A DNA stretch of 50,583 nt, filler included, from Basidioascus undulatus (lineage: Eukaryota), in assembly GCA_000826855.1 (NCBI GenBank). It is 3 parts of 3 records of this genome, joined end to end, with 100 filler letters (N's around TTAATTAATTAA, not from the genome) between each part and the next. Parts side by side here need not be neighbours in the genome. Positions count along the whole stretch, not along the records: positions 1 to 16,798 come from JTLS01000565.1; positions 16,899 to 33,693 come from JTLS01000566.1; 1 more part is not named here. One strand, given 5' to 3'. The notes beneath the pieces were generated by a model. It had not been told where the DNA came from and ran no database searches. It saw only the letters and a list, made by a program, of their open reading frames with translations. Shown in pieces: positions 12,147-24,343 of this stretch. Position 1 is the first letter of the stretch. Each line of letters opens with the position of its first letter. The position numbers and the translations under genes were made by a program.

Positions 12147-15100
12147 TTAGAAGAGGTACGAAGAGGGACACACGCCCTCTGCCCCATTGGCAGGATCGCT
12201 AAAAAAAAAAGGCAGAAGAAAACGAGGAAGAGTCGAATCAGCACCAGTTGTCGGGGGGGAGCAACGCAAACGGCGGAGACCTACCGAACATACCACCAAT
12301 CCCGATCCCTCGAGTCGAGGACTTGCACTTGCTGCCCGACCGCCAAGCGCAGCTCGCCCTCCTGGTCGCCGGCAAAGTCATACCTGGAACCACTCCTTCC
12401 GCGCATGAGCGAGCACATCCGCAGGTTCATCATCCGAACGAACGAAACACGCACCGGGCATACGCGCGGTGTCCAACGCCGTCGTTGTTGTCGCCGTCGT
12501 AGTACGGAGCGCCGTACGCCTCGTACGAGGACCCGGCGTCGGATGTGACCGGCCCGGCGGCGGCGCCATGGTCGCCCTTCTCGCCCTTCTCGTGCGCCGC
12601 GTACGCGCCCGCGGCGGCGGAGAGTGCGCCTCCGCCCGCGCCGCCCAGGGCCATGTTGCTCGTCGCGTGGTTGATGTGCTCGAGGAGCGACGACGGGCGG
12701 TGTAGGCCTTCGTCCTCGTCTGCGTCGGTCAGCGCGAGCGGGTACGAGTCGGACCGGCGCGACATGACGGAGAAGATGAAGCCGCTGGAAGAACTTGTTG
12801 TCAGCTGGGAAAACTTTTGCGTGGTTGTAGAGACGATAGAGACGCACATGAGAGTAAGAAGGAAGACGATGCCGAGACTGATCGCCAGCGAGATGAGGAT
12901 GATGATGCCCAGTCCGAGGTAGTCTGTACCATCCCACCGCCACATTAGCCAGGCACGACTCCTTCCATCCATCCAAACCGCAAACTAACGCACGCTTGGT
13001 GTCAAAGCTGAACTTCCTCTTCGAGTTGATGAGCGCCGCGATTGAGCCCGCCGCGCCGCCGCTGCCGGTGGTGGAGACGAACGGGTGCCACAGCTGGCCA
13101 TCGAAGAGGGCAGACGAGACGTCTCCGACGCCTCCTCCGAGGGAGAGCGCGCCGGATGTGAGGAGCATGCGGTTCTTCTCCATCGGGCCCGAGACGTCGT
13201 GCTCCTCCTCGAGCGGGACGAACATGAGCTGCTGGATGCCCGTGCCGGACTGCAGGGACGTCCTGTAGTCGGTCCAGCTCGAGCCGTTCCACTGGAGGAG
13301 GTACGGGTCGGCCCCGCTCGTCGCCTGGCCCGCGACCCAGATGCTGTTGGCATTCAGGTCGTCCGACGCGACAGCCGTCGCCGGGCCGGGGAGGTCGCCT
13401 GTAGCGCCGACGTTCGACCAGGTTCGCGAGTCGAAGTCGAACTGCGCGATGAACGCGACGCTCCCGCCGAGGGAGAACGAGCCGGCTGCGATGAGGTACT
13501 GCGCGTTGTCCTGCGAGGCGCCAAATTGAGCAAGTCAGTTACGTTTCGAAAGCGCTAAGGGGAAAGGGATGGTGAAGGTGGGATGGAAAGGACGCACCCC
13601 AGCGAACGCGATGCTCCGCACCGTCCCGCTGAGGCCAGAGCCAAGCGCGTCGAACTGCTTGGACGAAGCGTCCCATGCAAGCACACCGGGCGAGCTGACC
13701 GAGCCGACGCCGTTAAACTCGCCGGCGACGATGAGGATGTCCTGCGACGGGCGGGTCGCGAGCGCGTAGACGGTGCCGGTGCCTAAGTGACCGCAGCAAA
13801 TGTCAGCCGTGCTCTCCTTGTTTCATGTCGACCAGAGGAGCCAACGCACCGGTAAGCGCATCCAAGCTCAGCCAGTTCTCCCCCTTCCAGTCGTACGCGC
13901 CCAGTCCCGTCCGGCCATCCCCGCCGTCCCCGCCTCCCTCAAGGCGGAAGTCGCCCCCGACGAACGCGTAATCCCTTACAACCGCAATCGCCTGTACAAC
14001 ACCATCGACAGTGACGCCGCCCGCGGGCGCGTCAACCGCGCCGTCGCGGTAGACAGCGAAGTTGTCTGCGTCCCCGCCAGCGGCAGAGAAGTTCCCGCCG
14101 AGGAAAGTCGGGCCATCCTCGGCGTACGCGCCAGCGAGGACCGCGGGTGCGGGTGCGGGGAACATGGGGATGCTCGGGGGGCTGGGGTTGGAGGAGGGCT
14201 GGCGTGCGGAGAGCCAGGAGAGGATGGAGGAGCGCGTGGAGCGGCGGCGGCGGGCGGAGGACGGGGAGCTGGAGGTTATGGACGGGGCGGAGAGACGCAG
14301 GCCTGACAGAGGCTTGATCCCCTCCGAGGTGAGGTCCGCCGCGCCGCTCGCGCTGTACCGGCTGGAGCCGCTTACGGCGCCGATGAAGAGCTGGTGCCCA
14401 TCGGAAGTCGTCTGCACGGCGGACACATCACCGTACACGACGCCCTGGTCCGCGCCCCATGCTGCCCGCTTCGCGTCCCAGTACGCCGCGCCGCCGGTGG
14501 TGACCGCCTGGCTGCCCGACGCGTCGAGCACCGTCGAGAAGTTGCCCGACAGCCAGAGATTGTCGCCCGCGAGAGAGAGCCCTGCGACCGGCCCGTCAAC
14601 CCCGCCTGCGACAGCCGCGAACGCGTTCGCAGACGGGTCGTATACCGCGATGTTGGACGCGGAGACGCTGCCCGCGGTGCGGAAGTCGCCGGCGAGGTAG
14701 AGCTTGTTGTCGTACACTGCGAGAGCATACACCGGGCCGTCGACGCCGTTGTCCGCGAGGGGGACGAGCGCCGCGCCGTCGTGCGCGACGAGGTTGGTGA
14801 AGGAAACGTTGGCGGAGGCGGGCGAAGCGAACGCGCCAGCGAGGAAGGTCGTCGACCCGATGCGCGCGATCGCGTGCACGGTCATGTTGCCCACAGCGGA
14901 CGAGCTCGAGCGCAGCCCCAAGGCGGCAGCGAGGGAGATCGCTGCGCGGTCGGTGGGCGTCTCGGTCGAGTTGCTAAGCACCGCGCTGGCGTTGACTGCA
15001 TTCCCGCCAAGCGCATACTCGTACGCGCCGAAGCCGACGCTCGTCGAGCGCAGCGTCGCGTCCGCCTGCTGGAGGACGAGGCTCAGCCGGTCCGCGACGA

Positions 15101-16798
15101 TGATATACTGGTCGCCGGACACGGCGTCCGGGTTGGCCGCGAGCGTGAGCATGATGGTGGGGTTAAAGCCGTCCGAGGACGCCTCAACTGTGCCGGTGTA
15201 GACGTTCAGCTGTGCATCGTCGTCCACCGCCTGCGAGACGGTCGTGACCGTCGGGTCGGCGCCGGAGGACGGCGTGACGGTGACCTGCACGCTCGTCCGC
15301 GACGCGCAGTCGCCCACGCCCTGGCACCCCGGGATGACGAGCCGGAGGTGGTATACGCCCGTCGCCGAGACATACGGGGTGAAGGTGATGCTGGGCGCGT
15401 CTGCGTGGGAGATCGAAGTGGAGAACGTCGCGGAGAGGTACTCGGCGGTTGTGCCCGCGATGCCGGTCGGAGCGCTGGACTGGGTCCAGGCGCCGGACGT
15501 CGAGACAGAGGCGGTGTTGTTGTCGGCGGAGCACGTCGACCCGCCGTTGTTGAGAGAGGACACGGCATACGCAGACGCCCCGTCGCCGAGGACCTGCAGT
15601 GCGTCGAGGCCGGGTGACGCGCCGGTCCACTCGGACAGGTAGAGCTCGAAGCCGGTGAGCGTCTGCGGGCCGGCGGGGAAGAGGAAGTCGACGTAGGGTG
15701 CCTCGGCGGGGGGCGGGAGCGGGCAGAGGTTCGTGCACGTCGCGTTGGTGTCGGGCGAGGAGGGGTCGTTGTAGACGAGCTCGAGCGCGGCGTTGTCGGG
15801 GATAGAGACGATGCTGATACGCCATCAAGTTAGGGTGAGGAATGTATAAGAGGGGATGGGAGGGAAGACGCACGAGAAGCCCGTTGTCCCCCGGCCCTGG
15901 AAGTCGGTGTTGGCGAGGCGGAACCCGGCGACGGTGACGCTCCGGAACCAGCGGACGGTGAGCGTCCCCCCGTTCCCGTCGCGCATGATCCACGGGTTGC
16001 CGTCGGAGCAGACGAGGTTGTCCGGGTTCCCGTACGCGGCGTCCTCGTAGTTTGGCCCGCCGACGATCTGCGCGTCCGAGAGCGAGATGGGGGAGAGCGC
16101 CGAGGCGTAGCTGCCGATGGTGCCGTTTCCGGAGGGGGATGAGTCGGAGGAGGGGGAGGTGGTGGTGGAGTTGGAGGAGAAGCGGGTGGTGAAGGAGCCG
16201 GAGAGGAGGAGGGTGGACGAGTCGAGGGAAGAGAGGGAGGCGACCGGGCCGGAGAAGCCGCCGATGGGCGCGGGGGACCAGGAGGAAGACGATGCGGACC
16301 ACATCGCGAGGTTCCCTCCGTAGCCGTCCGCGTCCCCCGCGCTCAACGGGCGCTCAAAGACGCCGCCGAGCCAGACCTCCCCTCGGTCATCATCGCACCA
16401 GAGCGCGTTGACCGGCCCATCCACGCCCTGCCCCAGCGGCGCCCACCCGTCCGCCTCGCTCCACACCGCGACGTTCCCAAGCCCCGTCCGCCCGTCGACC
16501 TCATCGAAGCTCCCCCCGACGTACACGCGCGAGTCGAGCTCGCACACGGCGCGAAACGAGCCGCCGGACGCGGCGGACCCGGCTAGGGACCAGGGATCAG
16601 AGGTGGAGCTCCGGGTGAGGAGATTCCCGGCTGAGGGCGAGGGGGCGGCGGACGCGTTGGGAGACGCATAGTCGAGGGAAGTAAACGCGCCGAGGAGGGC
16701 GGTGGAGCCGAGGGCGTTGTAGTTGAGCTTGGGGGCGGAGGAGGAGGAGGACTGGGCGGAGGCGGGTGAGGGGCCCGCAAGCAGGGCGAGCGCGACGA
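12147..16798 (-). CDS. RAX2: Rax2-like cortical polarity membrane protein with C-terminal SH3 (5' partial; start codon lies in the gap)
   Basis: Signal-peptide remnant VALALLAGPSPASA, a large extracellular region with repeated VYVGGSF/LYLAGDF/FVGGDF strands, and a TM segment LGLGIIILISLAISLGIVFLLTL. Then PSSLLEHINHAT and an SH3 (ARYDFAGDQEGELRLAVGQQVQVLDSRDRDWWYVR/DPANGAEGVCPSSYLF*). Confidence 0.85.
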
Positions 16799-16898
16799 NN
16801 NNNNNNNNNNNNNNNNNNNNNNNNNNNNNNNNNNNNNNNNNNTTAATTAATTAANNNNNNNNNNNNNNNNNNNNNNNNNNNNNNNNNNNNNNNNNNNN
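16799..16898. other. Artificial contig-join spacer (44 N + TTAATTAATTAA + 44 N)
   Basis: N runs flank a palindromic 12-mer that gives stops in all six frames. The structure is identical at 33694-33793. Confidence 0.97.
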
Positions 16899-17778
16899 GG
16901 CGGGGCGGCGACTCCCCCGCGCTCGGCGACCGTGGACGGGTCGACGACGGTCGTGCGCACGCCAGGGCGCGACCGCTCGTCCTCGAACGACTCGACCCTC
17001 CTCCCGCCCCCCTACGCCCCAGCAGCAAGCGTAGCCGCCGCGTCTTCGCGGCTCATGACGCGCCAGCGCTCCGACTCGACCCCGCAGCGCCCGTCCCCCG
17101 CGCTCCTCCAGTCCGAGCCGGCCGAGGCGACATCCGCGACGCCGACGCCGTCCCTCTCGGACCACACTGTCCCGCGCCTCCGGCGCGCCACGGGAGACAT
17201 CTTCACGATCCTCACCGGCGTGCTGAGCACGAGCTTCCAGCGCCTCGTCTCGACGGGGATGATCAAGGCGGACGTGGCGCGGCACCTCCAAGCTCTCCCG
17301 GTCCACCCGCGTACGCCCGTCCAGGCGCGCAGGCTCCTCGACGAGGCGGCGGGCGAGTGGCGCATCGAGTGGTCCTGCGGTCTGGGGCCCGGGCTGTCCA
17401 GCACTTCTGCGGGCGAGGTCCCGCCGAGCGAGCCCGCACTCGTCCTCCCCCACCCAGCGTGGAAGGCCCGCCAGTCCGGCTCGCTCTCCGCCGTCGCGTA
17501 CGCCGAACACGCGCTCGCGCTCGTTAAGAATCTGTATTCGCATCAGCTCCGCGAGGTTCTCAAGGAGCGGACGAGGATGGGAAGGAGCGCGATCGAGTTT
17601 GTGCTGGAGGAGATCATGAAGGTCGTCGAGGAGAAGGTACGTTTCTCCCCTCCACTTCCATCTCATAGCGATGAGTCGACGCTGACTGAACACTGCTTCG
17701 ATAACCCCACAGGCAAGCGAGGGCGCCCTCGACGGACTCGAGATGGAAGTCGCGTCGGTCGCGCTCCGCCGGATCTGA
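16899..17778 (+). CDS. 3' part of a hypothetical protein (5' end lost in the gap)
   Basis: GC-rich open frame (..RLRRATGDIFTILTGVLSTSFQRLVS...AYAEHALALVKNLYSHQLREVLKER..IEFVLEEIMKVVEEK), then a GTACGT..CAG intron at 17637-17712 and last exon ASEGALDGLEMEVASVALRRI*. Family not recognised. Confidence 0.65.
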
Positions 17779-19111
17779 CCCTCGCTCCTCCGCCTTTTCC
17801 GCCCCTCCACAAAAGCCCGGGGTCCTCGCCAGTCGACGCCCTTCCGCTCCCTCTCCGCCACGTCGCAGGCCGACCATCCCCATCCCCATTCCCCTAGACA
17901 ACCCTTCCCGCCCATGCCCATCCCTTCCATTTTCACGCCCCGCCATGAGACTCCCACGAGCCTATTTACTCGCACTCCACATTCTTTCCCATCCCATCCC
18001 ATCGTTTCGTGTCGCCGCAATCTTCTCATCCTCATCGTCGTCTGTCGCATTCGCATTTTCCCACCCACTCATCGTCATCGTCATCTCATCACCGCATCGA
18101 CCTTGCATTTCCCCATTCTTCATTTCTCTTTCGCATCTCTCTGATTTTCCGGGTCCCCCGCGCACAGCACACAAAATGTCGCTTGCAATCTCCATTCTTC
18201 ATATTTCGTTCTCATTCTCCATTCGCCGCATCGTCATTTCCTCTTTGGGGTTCATCTTCTTCCGGACTCTGCTTCTTCGGTCGGGGTTGGCTTCGGGCTT
18301 TCTGGGTCGTCTTTCGTTTTGCCTTTGGGTCTTGATCTTTGGGATCATATGTTGTTTTTGGCCGTGAGGTCGGCATGTGGGTCGCACGCGAAATATCATG
18401 TGGCATCCTTGTTCAGCTATGTGGTCGACTGCCGCGGATTAGATGCAACTCGCAATCGATTATTCGGGTTCAGGATGACTGTGTCGTTGGGAGTCACACT
18501 CGTTTGGTTCATGATCACTCGCGAGCTCAAGATTTCTCGGGCGATCGTCAATGCGGAGGGCTGCACGGGTCCGGCACGACGCCGCCGTTCTCCTCATAAC
18601 TATGTCGTCCAGCGTTTCTCGATCTTACCCTCTACTGCCGTCCGAAGCCTTCATGAATGTCGTGTTATCACGAGAGCACCTTGGGATGATGTAGCTTGTC
18701 TGACTCGTCAGTCGCGACTCCGGATGTCCTGAATACTGACTAGAACTTCGACCTGTCGCGCTGCCGTCGCGAACTAATAACGGACGGCAGTTGAGCAAAA
18801 ACGACGACTTGAAAAAATCTGGAGTGAACATCTTTTTGCTTGCACCAGACTTCAGACTCACAACATCGGCAGCTTGCACGCGTTTGGCAGTCGGCATGAC
18901 TGCTGCGCTAGGGCGTCCTCTTCTCGATCAAGCTGCTCTTCCGTGCCAGATCCAAGGCCAAGTTTCTGGGAAAAACGTCTCCAAACCACATGCCAACGCC
19001 CGAAACCAGAGTTACAGCCGTATCAACATCGCTCCCAGCCCCACTTTCAATACCAGCTGTCTGCACCAACGCGACACAAAATGGTAGCGTTGCTCTCGGG
19101 AGCTCAAAAGA

Positions 19112-21986
19112 CTAATAACGGGCCCTCCTGCGCTTGTTGATCCCGAACAAGCACTCGTCCTCGTCGTCGTCCGTGCGGCCGCCAGCGTCCGAGCCGCTTT
19201 CACTGGCGCTGGATGAAACGGCCTCGGCCTCTTCGTCGTCGTCGCCCTCCTCGTCGCCCTCCTCGTACTCGTCGCCGCTCCGGTCGCCAGCGGAAGATCC
19301 GCTTTCACTGCTGTCGGAGAGGTTGACGACCGACCGGTCTTCGAAGGAGTCGTCTTCAACGTCGTCGTCCACGATGGCCCATGGAGAGCGATCACGGCGA
19401 GACGCCTGGCTGCGGGACGTCGGGGCAGCGCGCGAAGTGCACACGCTGGAGGGGGCGGATGCGAGCGTACGGGGGCTGTCGGTGACGCGGGCGCTGCGCG
19501 ACGGCAGTGGCACGCCGATCTGGGGCTCACGGTCGACCACGCGCACGGGGGTGCTTTCGAGCGGGATGAAGACTGACGTCTCTCCGCACCAGATGTCGTC
19601 CCCAAGCGAGTTTTTCCGAATGGATACCTAGTCAAAGCGTCAGCGCTGGGAGCAGAAACTGAGTGAAGCGGCAAGCAGCGATTGGAACGAAGCTGACCTC
19701 GAGCTCGACGTAGGAAATTGCACCCTTCTTAGGGCCCGCCGGAATATCCCTCAATTTGACGACGCCGTTCGCGTACAGGCGGTGCAGAAGACGCGCCAGC
19801 TCGGTTCGACGCAGGTTCGGAACGCTGCCGAACAGCTCCCATTCGGATGCGAAGTACCTCTTGATCTTCGTTCCCCGAAGCGTCTCGGCGACCTGGATGG
19901 CCGTCAGAGCGCGCCTTTCAACCTTCGCCTGGTACAGGAGCTCGAGCACAAGCCGGGCTTGCGTCAAGACGTTCTTGAGCTCGCTCGGCGAGTCGCAGAC
20001 GTCGCAGCAGGGGACGCCGCGTTCAGTGCGGCCGGGATCGTACGCTTCGCTTAGATGCGCGAGGTGGCGTTCGCGGCGACAGCGAGTCGAGATGCAGTAA
20101 TCCACGACCTCGCGTATGTCGCGCAGCGCGCGGTCTCGGATTTAGAGGACGTCTGCAACCTCGCGCCGGTCGGCGCGTTCTCCGATCGCGAGTACACCTG
20201 TGGCTGCGTGCTGGAGGTGGATGCGGGTGTTGGAGATGTCGTAGACTGGAGGCGGTGTATGAAACGTCAGAAATGAAAGAGCAAATTACCCGGCAATGAA
20301 CGCACAAACCTTGGACGTCGCCGGCAAGCCGTCCCTTCCCGCGCGGCCGGATTCCTGAGAGCAATTTGGTCTCGTCAGCCAGAAGCGTGGAATACTGCAA
20401 GAGGCCGACAGACTTGGTAGAGGGTGGACAAGCTGGACAGGAGCTCATGGTGGAAGATGAATCGGACTGCAAAAGGAAGTTCAGACTTTGGCTCACAGGC
20501 GCATGTCCGCTACGGACTTACCGTCCGCTTTGTCGATGCCTGCTCGCGAGCCGTGTCAGTCAGAACGTGCTGAGAACAGTCGTCATGTAGAGATGAAAAA
20601 GACCCACCCATCCCAAAAGCCGTCGTAGCAACGGTTATGCTGCATCCCCCGCTAGTCCAGCGACGCTGCACTTCATCGCGCTCGTTGGCATTCAGCTGAG
20701 CATGATACGCCTCGGCAGAGAATCCCTTTGCGCGGAGCTTCTGTGCGACGTCGTCGCATTTCTTTGGAATCGAGCAATACACTATCTTATCCAGGTCAAG
20801 GAGAATGCAATATCAGATACGGTGAATGCGATAAGCACGCTTTGTGACAGGCTCACCGGTCTGGTCGTTAAACTCTACCTCGAGCATGGCCGCGATCTGG
20901 TCCAGCACGGAAGCTCGGCCGCCGCCCTTCATCAGGACCTTGTCTGCATGCCAACCAAAAGGATCATTAGTCAGTCTAGATTGCGTTCCTTATTAGTTTC
21001 CTCCATAAGCGACGCACAGTAAATCTCCTGCCTGTTCAATTTGCCGAGGACCTCCACGCAGCCCTCCATGCGCAGACTCTTCTCGATGTCGGTGCGAGTG
21101 ATCGGCGCGGCGGTCGCCGTGAGGGCGAGGAAGGGGACGTCTTCGAAGAGCCTCTTCACTCTGCGCAACGAGTCGAGGTTGCCGTACTCCTGTGCCCGTA
21201 CATAACGGCCATGTCAGCGCAACGCAACGACGACCGAAAGGTATCTAGAGGAAATCAGCGGACCTGGCGGAAATCGGACCCCCACTGCTGCGTGCATATC
21301 GGTCAGCGCATGCTCCAATCGAGTGAAGAGACGACCAAAATGTTTACCTGGCTGACGCAATGCGCCTCGTCCACGACGACCCAGCTCCGCCTCTCCTTGC
21401 CCCAAACGCTCCAACACTCGCTGAAGCCGACCGGCCCCCAGCAACATCTCCGGCGGGCACATCAGGATCTTGACGCGGTGCCCCTCAGGTCCTTCTAGCT
21501 CGTCGAGGACCATCTGGTTCTCGTCCCCTCGCCAGCCGATGAGCGCGCGTGCGACCACGCAGTACGCGAGAAGTGCCGCCTCTTGATTCTGGATAGCTCA
21601 CAACGTTCAGCCAGGTCAGCGGAAGAGTAAGAACGAAGGGGGACGCAGAATCAGCAACTTGCCTGGATGAGGCTCCGAAGCGGCAAGACGACGACGCTGA
21701 GCCCCTCAGAGACGAGGGCCGCGAGGTCGTAGAGCGACTTGCCCGAACCCGTTGGCAGGTTGACGAAGACATCCAGCCCGGAGTGGCGGCCGAACTGCTC
21801 CCGAAGCACACGGAGGAGGACCTCCTCAGAGGGTGGGGTGCGGCGCGGGAGCGTGGGGACGACGGACGTGGACGCGTCGGGCGGGCGGAGGACGTCGTCG
21901 AAGTCGTCGAAGTTGTCAGCGAAGAACGGACGGACGTCGTTGAGGCCTCGGAACTGCTCGGTTAGGAAGGAGCTACTCGCAGACAT
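19112..21986 (-). pseudogene. RecQ-family DNA helicase, disrupted
   Basis: Motifs VFVNLPTGSGKS, VVVDEAHCVSQ/WGSDFR, ALTATA, YHAQL, VATTAFGMG/IDKADVR, QESGRAGRDG, Zn-binding CRR...CCDVCD, a winged-helix region and an acidic tail. Lesions: frameshift near 21400, in-frame TAA at 20142-20144, and apparent loss of motif 0. Confidence 0.85.
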
Positions 21987-22049
21987 TGTGTTTCGCCAGT
22001 ACGGAATATTGACGGCTCAAGGGCAAAGTGGATGACCATGCGCACGTTG

Positions 22050-22955
22050 AGTCGGCACCTGGCAGCCCCGACCCGCAGCCTCTCCTTCTCCTGCTTCTCC
22101 TGTTCTTCCAACCCAGAAGCTCCTCCTCCCGTTCTGCGAGCTTCTTCTCCAACGCCTCCAGCTTCTCCCGATTCTCCTCCCTATAGCGAGGAAGTCAGTG
22201 ACGTTGGCCAGGGGCTCAGAACCGGGAGATGAGCGATGCGTACCGCACAACTTCCAATGCAGCGTATCTTTTGGGTCGTTGCTTTCCAGACATTTCCGTT
22301 GCGCGCTGAACCGCAATGATTGTTTGGGCGGTCTGAGGGGTGGACTGGTACCGCGTCAGCCGGGCACACCCTGTGCTGTGGAATAGGAAGCAAGAAAACT
22401 TACCACTTTCTACTCACGAAGGAGCGCTTCCTGGCATTTCAATACCGCTGGGAGAACGTCAGTTGCCGTGGTGTGAGGAGGAGTAGGCAACGCGAGCGAC
22501 TGAGTGAGCGGGTGAGGAGGAGCGAAGAGGAGCGGAGCGTAAGAGAGATGGTTTGTGGGTAATGTGCACGAGAGGCAGCTCATCAGAAGCCTGTAGTATG
22601 GGGCAAAAGTACTTGATCGAGCACCGCTTGATCAATTCTCATTTCTGCGTGATTCCAGACGGGCAACGCCGTGATCCGCATACACGCGTTTCTGGGCACG
22701 AGCTCGTGATGAGCTCGGGAAGTTCCGCTGCAGCGGCCTGAAGCCCATCCGATCGAGGTTTGAGAGATTAGAATATTGGTGAATGGAGCACTCAAGGGGC
22801 ATTGGTGAGACGCAAAAAACGGTGAGAGCTGCTCTCGTTATCGGTGGCAGGTCGAGCTTGAGGAGTGCGGACGCGTGCGCGTGCGTCGCGACGATCACGT
22901 TAGTGCGGACGACGTAGAATCTACGCTCATCGTCCATGGTCCACACCGACGGCAT
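22050..22955 (-). other. Possible small spliced gene or remnant with a coiled-coil exon
   Basis: GTAAGT/GTACGC donors with CTGAC..AG acceptors flank exons reading STPQTAQTIIAVQRATE.. and EENREKLEALEKKLAEREEELL. Possible ATG at 22955. No complete model could be built. Confidence 0.25.
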
Positions 22956-23228
22956 AGCGTGAGTCTGGGAAGAACAAAGAAAATACATGGAGGAAGAGGT
23001 AGAGCCCGAAAAGTACTGTGAAAATTGAAGTGTTCTGGGTCGCATGAGGCTGCGACCGGGCTTGTGCCCCGGGAGGCCCTCGGTTGCGCGCAGCTCGGCG
23101 GGCGGTGCGACACAGACACTTGACACAGCCCGCGCGTCGCCGCTTGACCAACGCCGCCATCCTTCGTTCAGTCTCCCGGTCTCCCACCTTTGCGCCTCTA
23201 TTCTTCACGCCCCGCTCACGAATCTAAC

Positions 23229-24343
23229 ATGTCCGTGCTGGGGAGTACACGCCGTGCTCAAGATCGTACCGCTGACGCCTTCGAAATGGCTCACAGGTCC
23301 GCTCCGTACGACCCATACCCCGGCCCCTCCGCGCCCTCGGGCTCGAACCCACAGGGCGGCAACGTCCGTCCTTTCGAATCACCTATCTCGCACCCCCATT
23401 TGGAGCTCACGCTTTGGAGATGGTTCTACAGGCCAAGACTGCGGCCATCCAGGCCCAGATCGACGACACCGTCGGCATCATGCGCGAGAACATCACCAAG
23501 GTTCGCGGACGCGCCACGCGGTCTTTTCGCGCGTGTGGGGATTAGGGATGGGATTCTGATGTGGAATGGGCGGGGTGGATAGGTCTCCGAGCGTGGTGAG
23601 AGGCTGGACGCGCTGCAGGACAAGACCGGTGAGTCTGGCTCTTGGGTCCGCGTTGTCAGGGGCATAAGGCCGCGCCTTGGATACGGCGTTTTTGGTGCGC
23701 TCGGAAGAGGAGAGCGTAGTCTGTGGTAATAGAGGAGATTCTGGTGGTGGAGGATGGACTGGATGAGGAGTACAGGCGCTGGGCGGCGAGATTGGTGATT
23801 GACACTTCTCGCGACCCATAAACAGACAACTTGGCCGTCTCCGCGCAAGGGTTCCGCCGCGGGGCGAACCGGGTGCGCAAGGCAATGTGGTGGAAGGACA
23901 CCAAGTGAGTGTTGAGCTTTCCGTCCACCGGGTGGGACGATGGCGGTCCGGCAAGGGCGGAGGGTGAGCTGTGAGGCTCGGCATGAAGTGTCGCGGTGGA
24001 GAAGGGACGTATCGGAGGGAAAGATCGCAGCGGCTGGCTGGGTTTCGCTGCGCGCATACTCCTGCTCCAGCTCGACGCCATTCTCGAGCACCAGGCAGCG
24101 CTGACCTGATCCTCTCACCTCCGCAGGATGAAGATCATCCTGGCGATTGGGATCATCGTTTTGCTAATCATCATCATCGGTGCGTCTGACTCGTCGCCTC
24201 ACATCTTACCAACGCAAGACGCTGATTTTTTCCCTGCGTCCGCAGTTCCCATCGTCAAGTCGTGCGTTTAACCCTTGCCAACCAGCTTCACTTTCGCTCT
24301 CATGCTGACCCCACACACCCATCACAGCACGCAAAACAAGTGA
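23229..24343 (+). CDS. SNC1: Synaptobrevin/VAMP R-SNARE (Snc1/2-like), 8 exons
   Basis: Spliced product MSAPYDPY...[92 protein letters not shown]. Confidence 0.95.

Noticed and set aside
13800..16300. Long antisense and alternate-frame ORFs over RAX2 (similar ones over CCT6, CWC27 and DUF1279)
   Set aside because: Expected shadows of GC-rich coding sequence; Arg/Ala/Pro-rich with no recognisable motifs.
16843..16854. TTAATTAATTAA palindrome (also at 33738-33749) as a transposon target site or biological repeat
   Set aside because: Embedded symmetrically in N runs; it is an artificial six-frame-stop linker.
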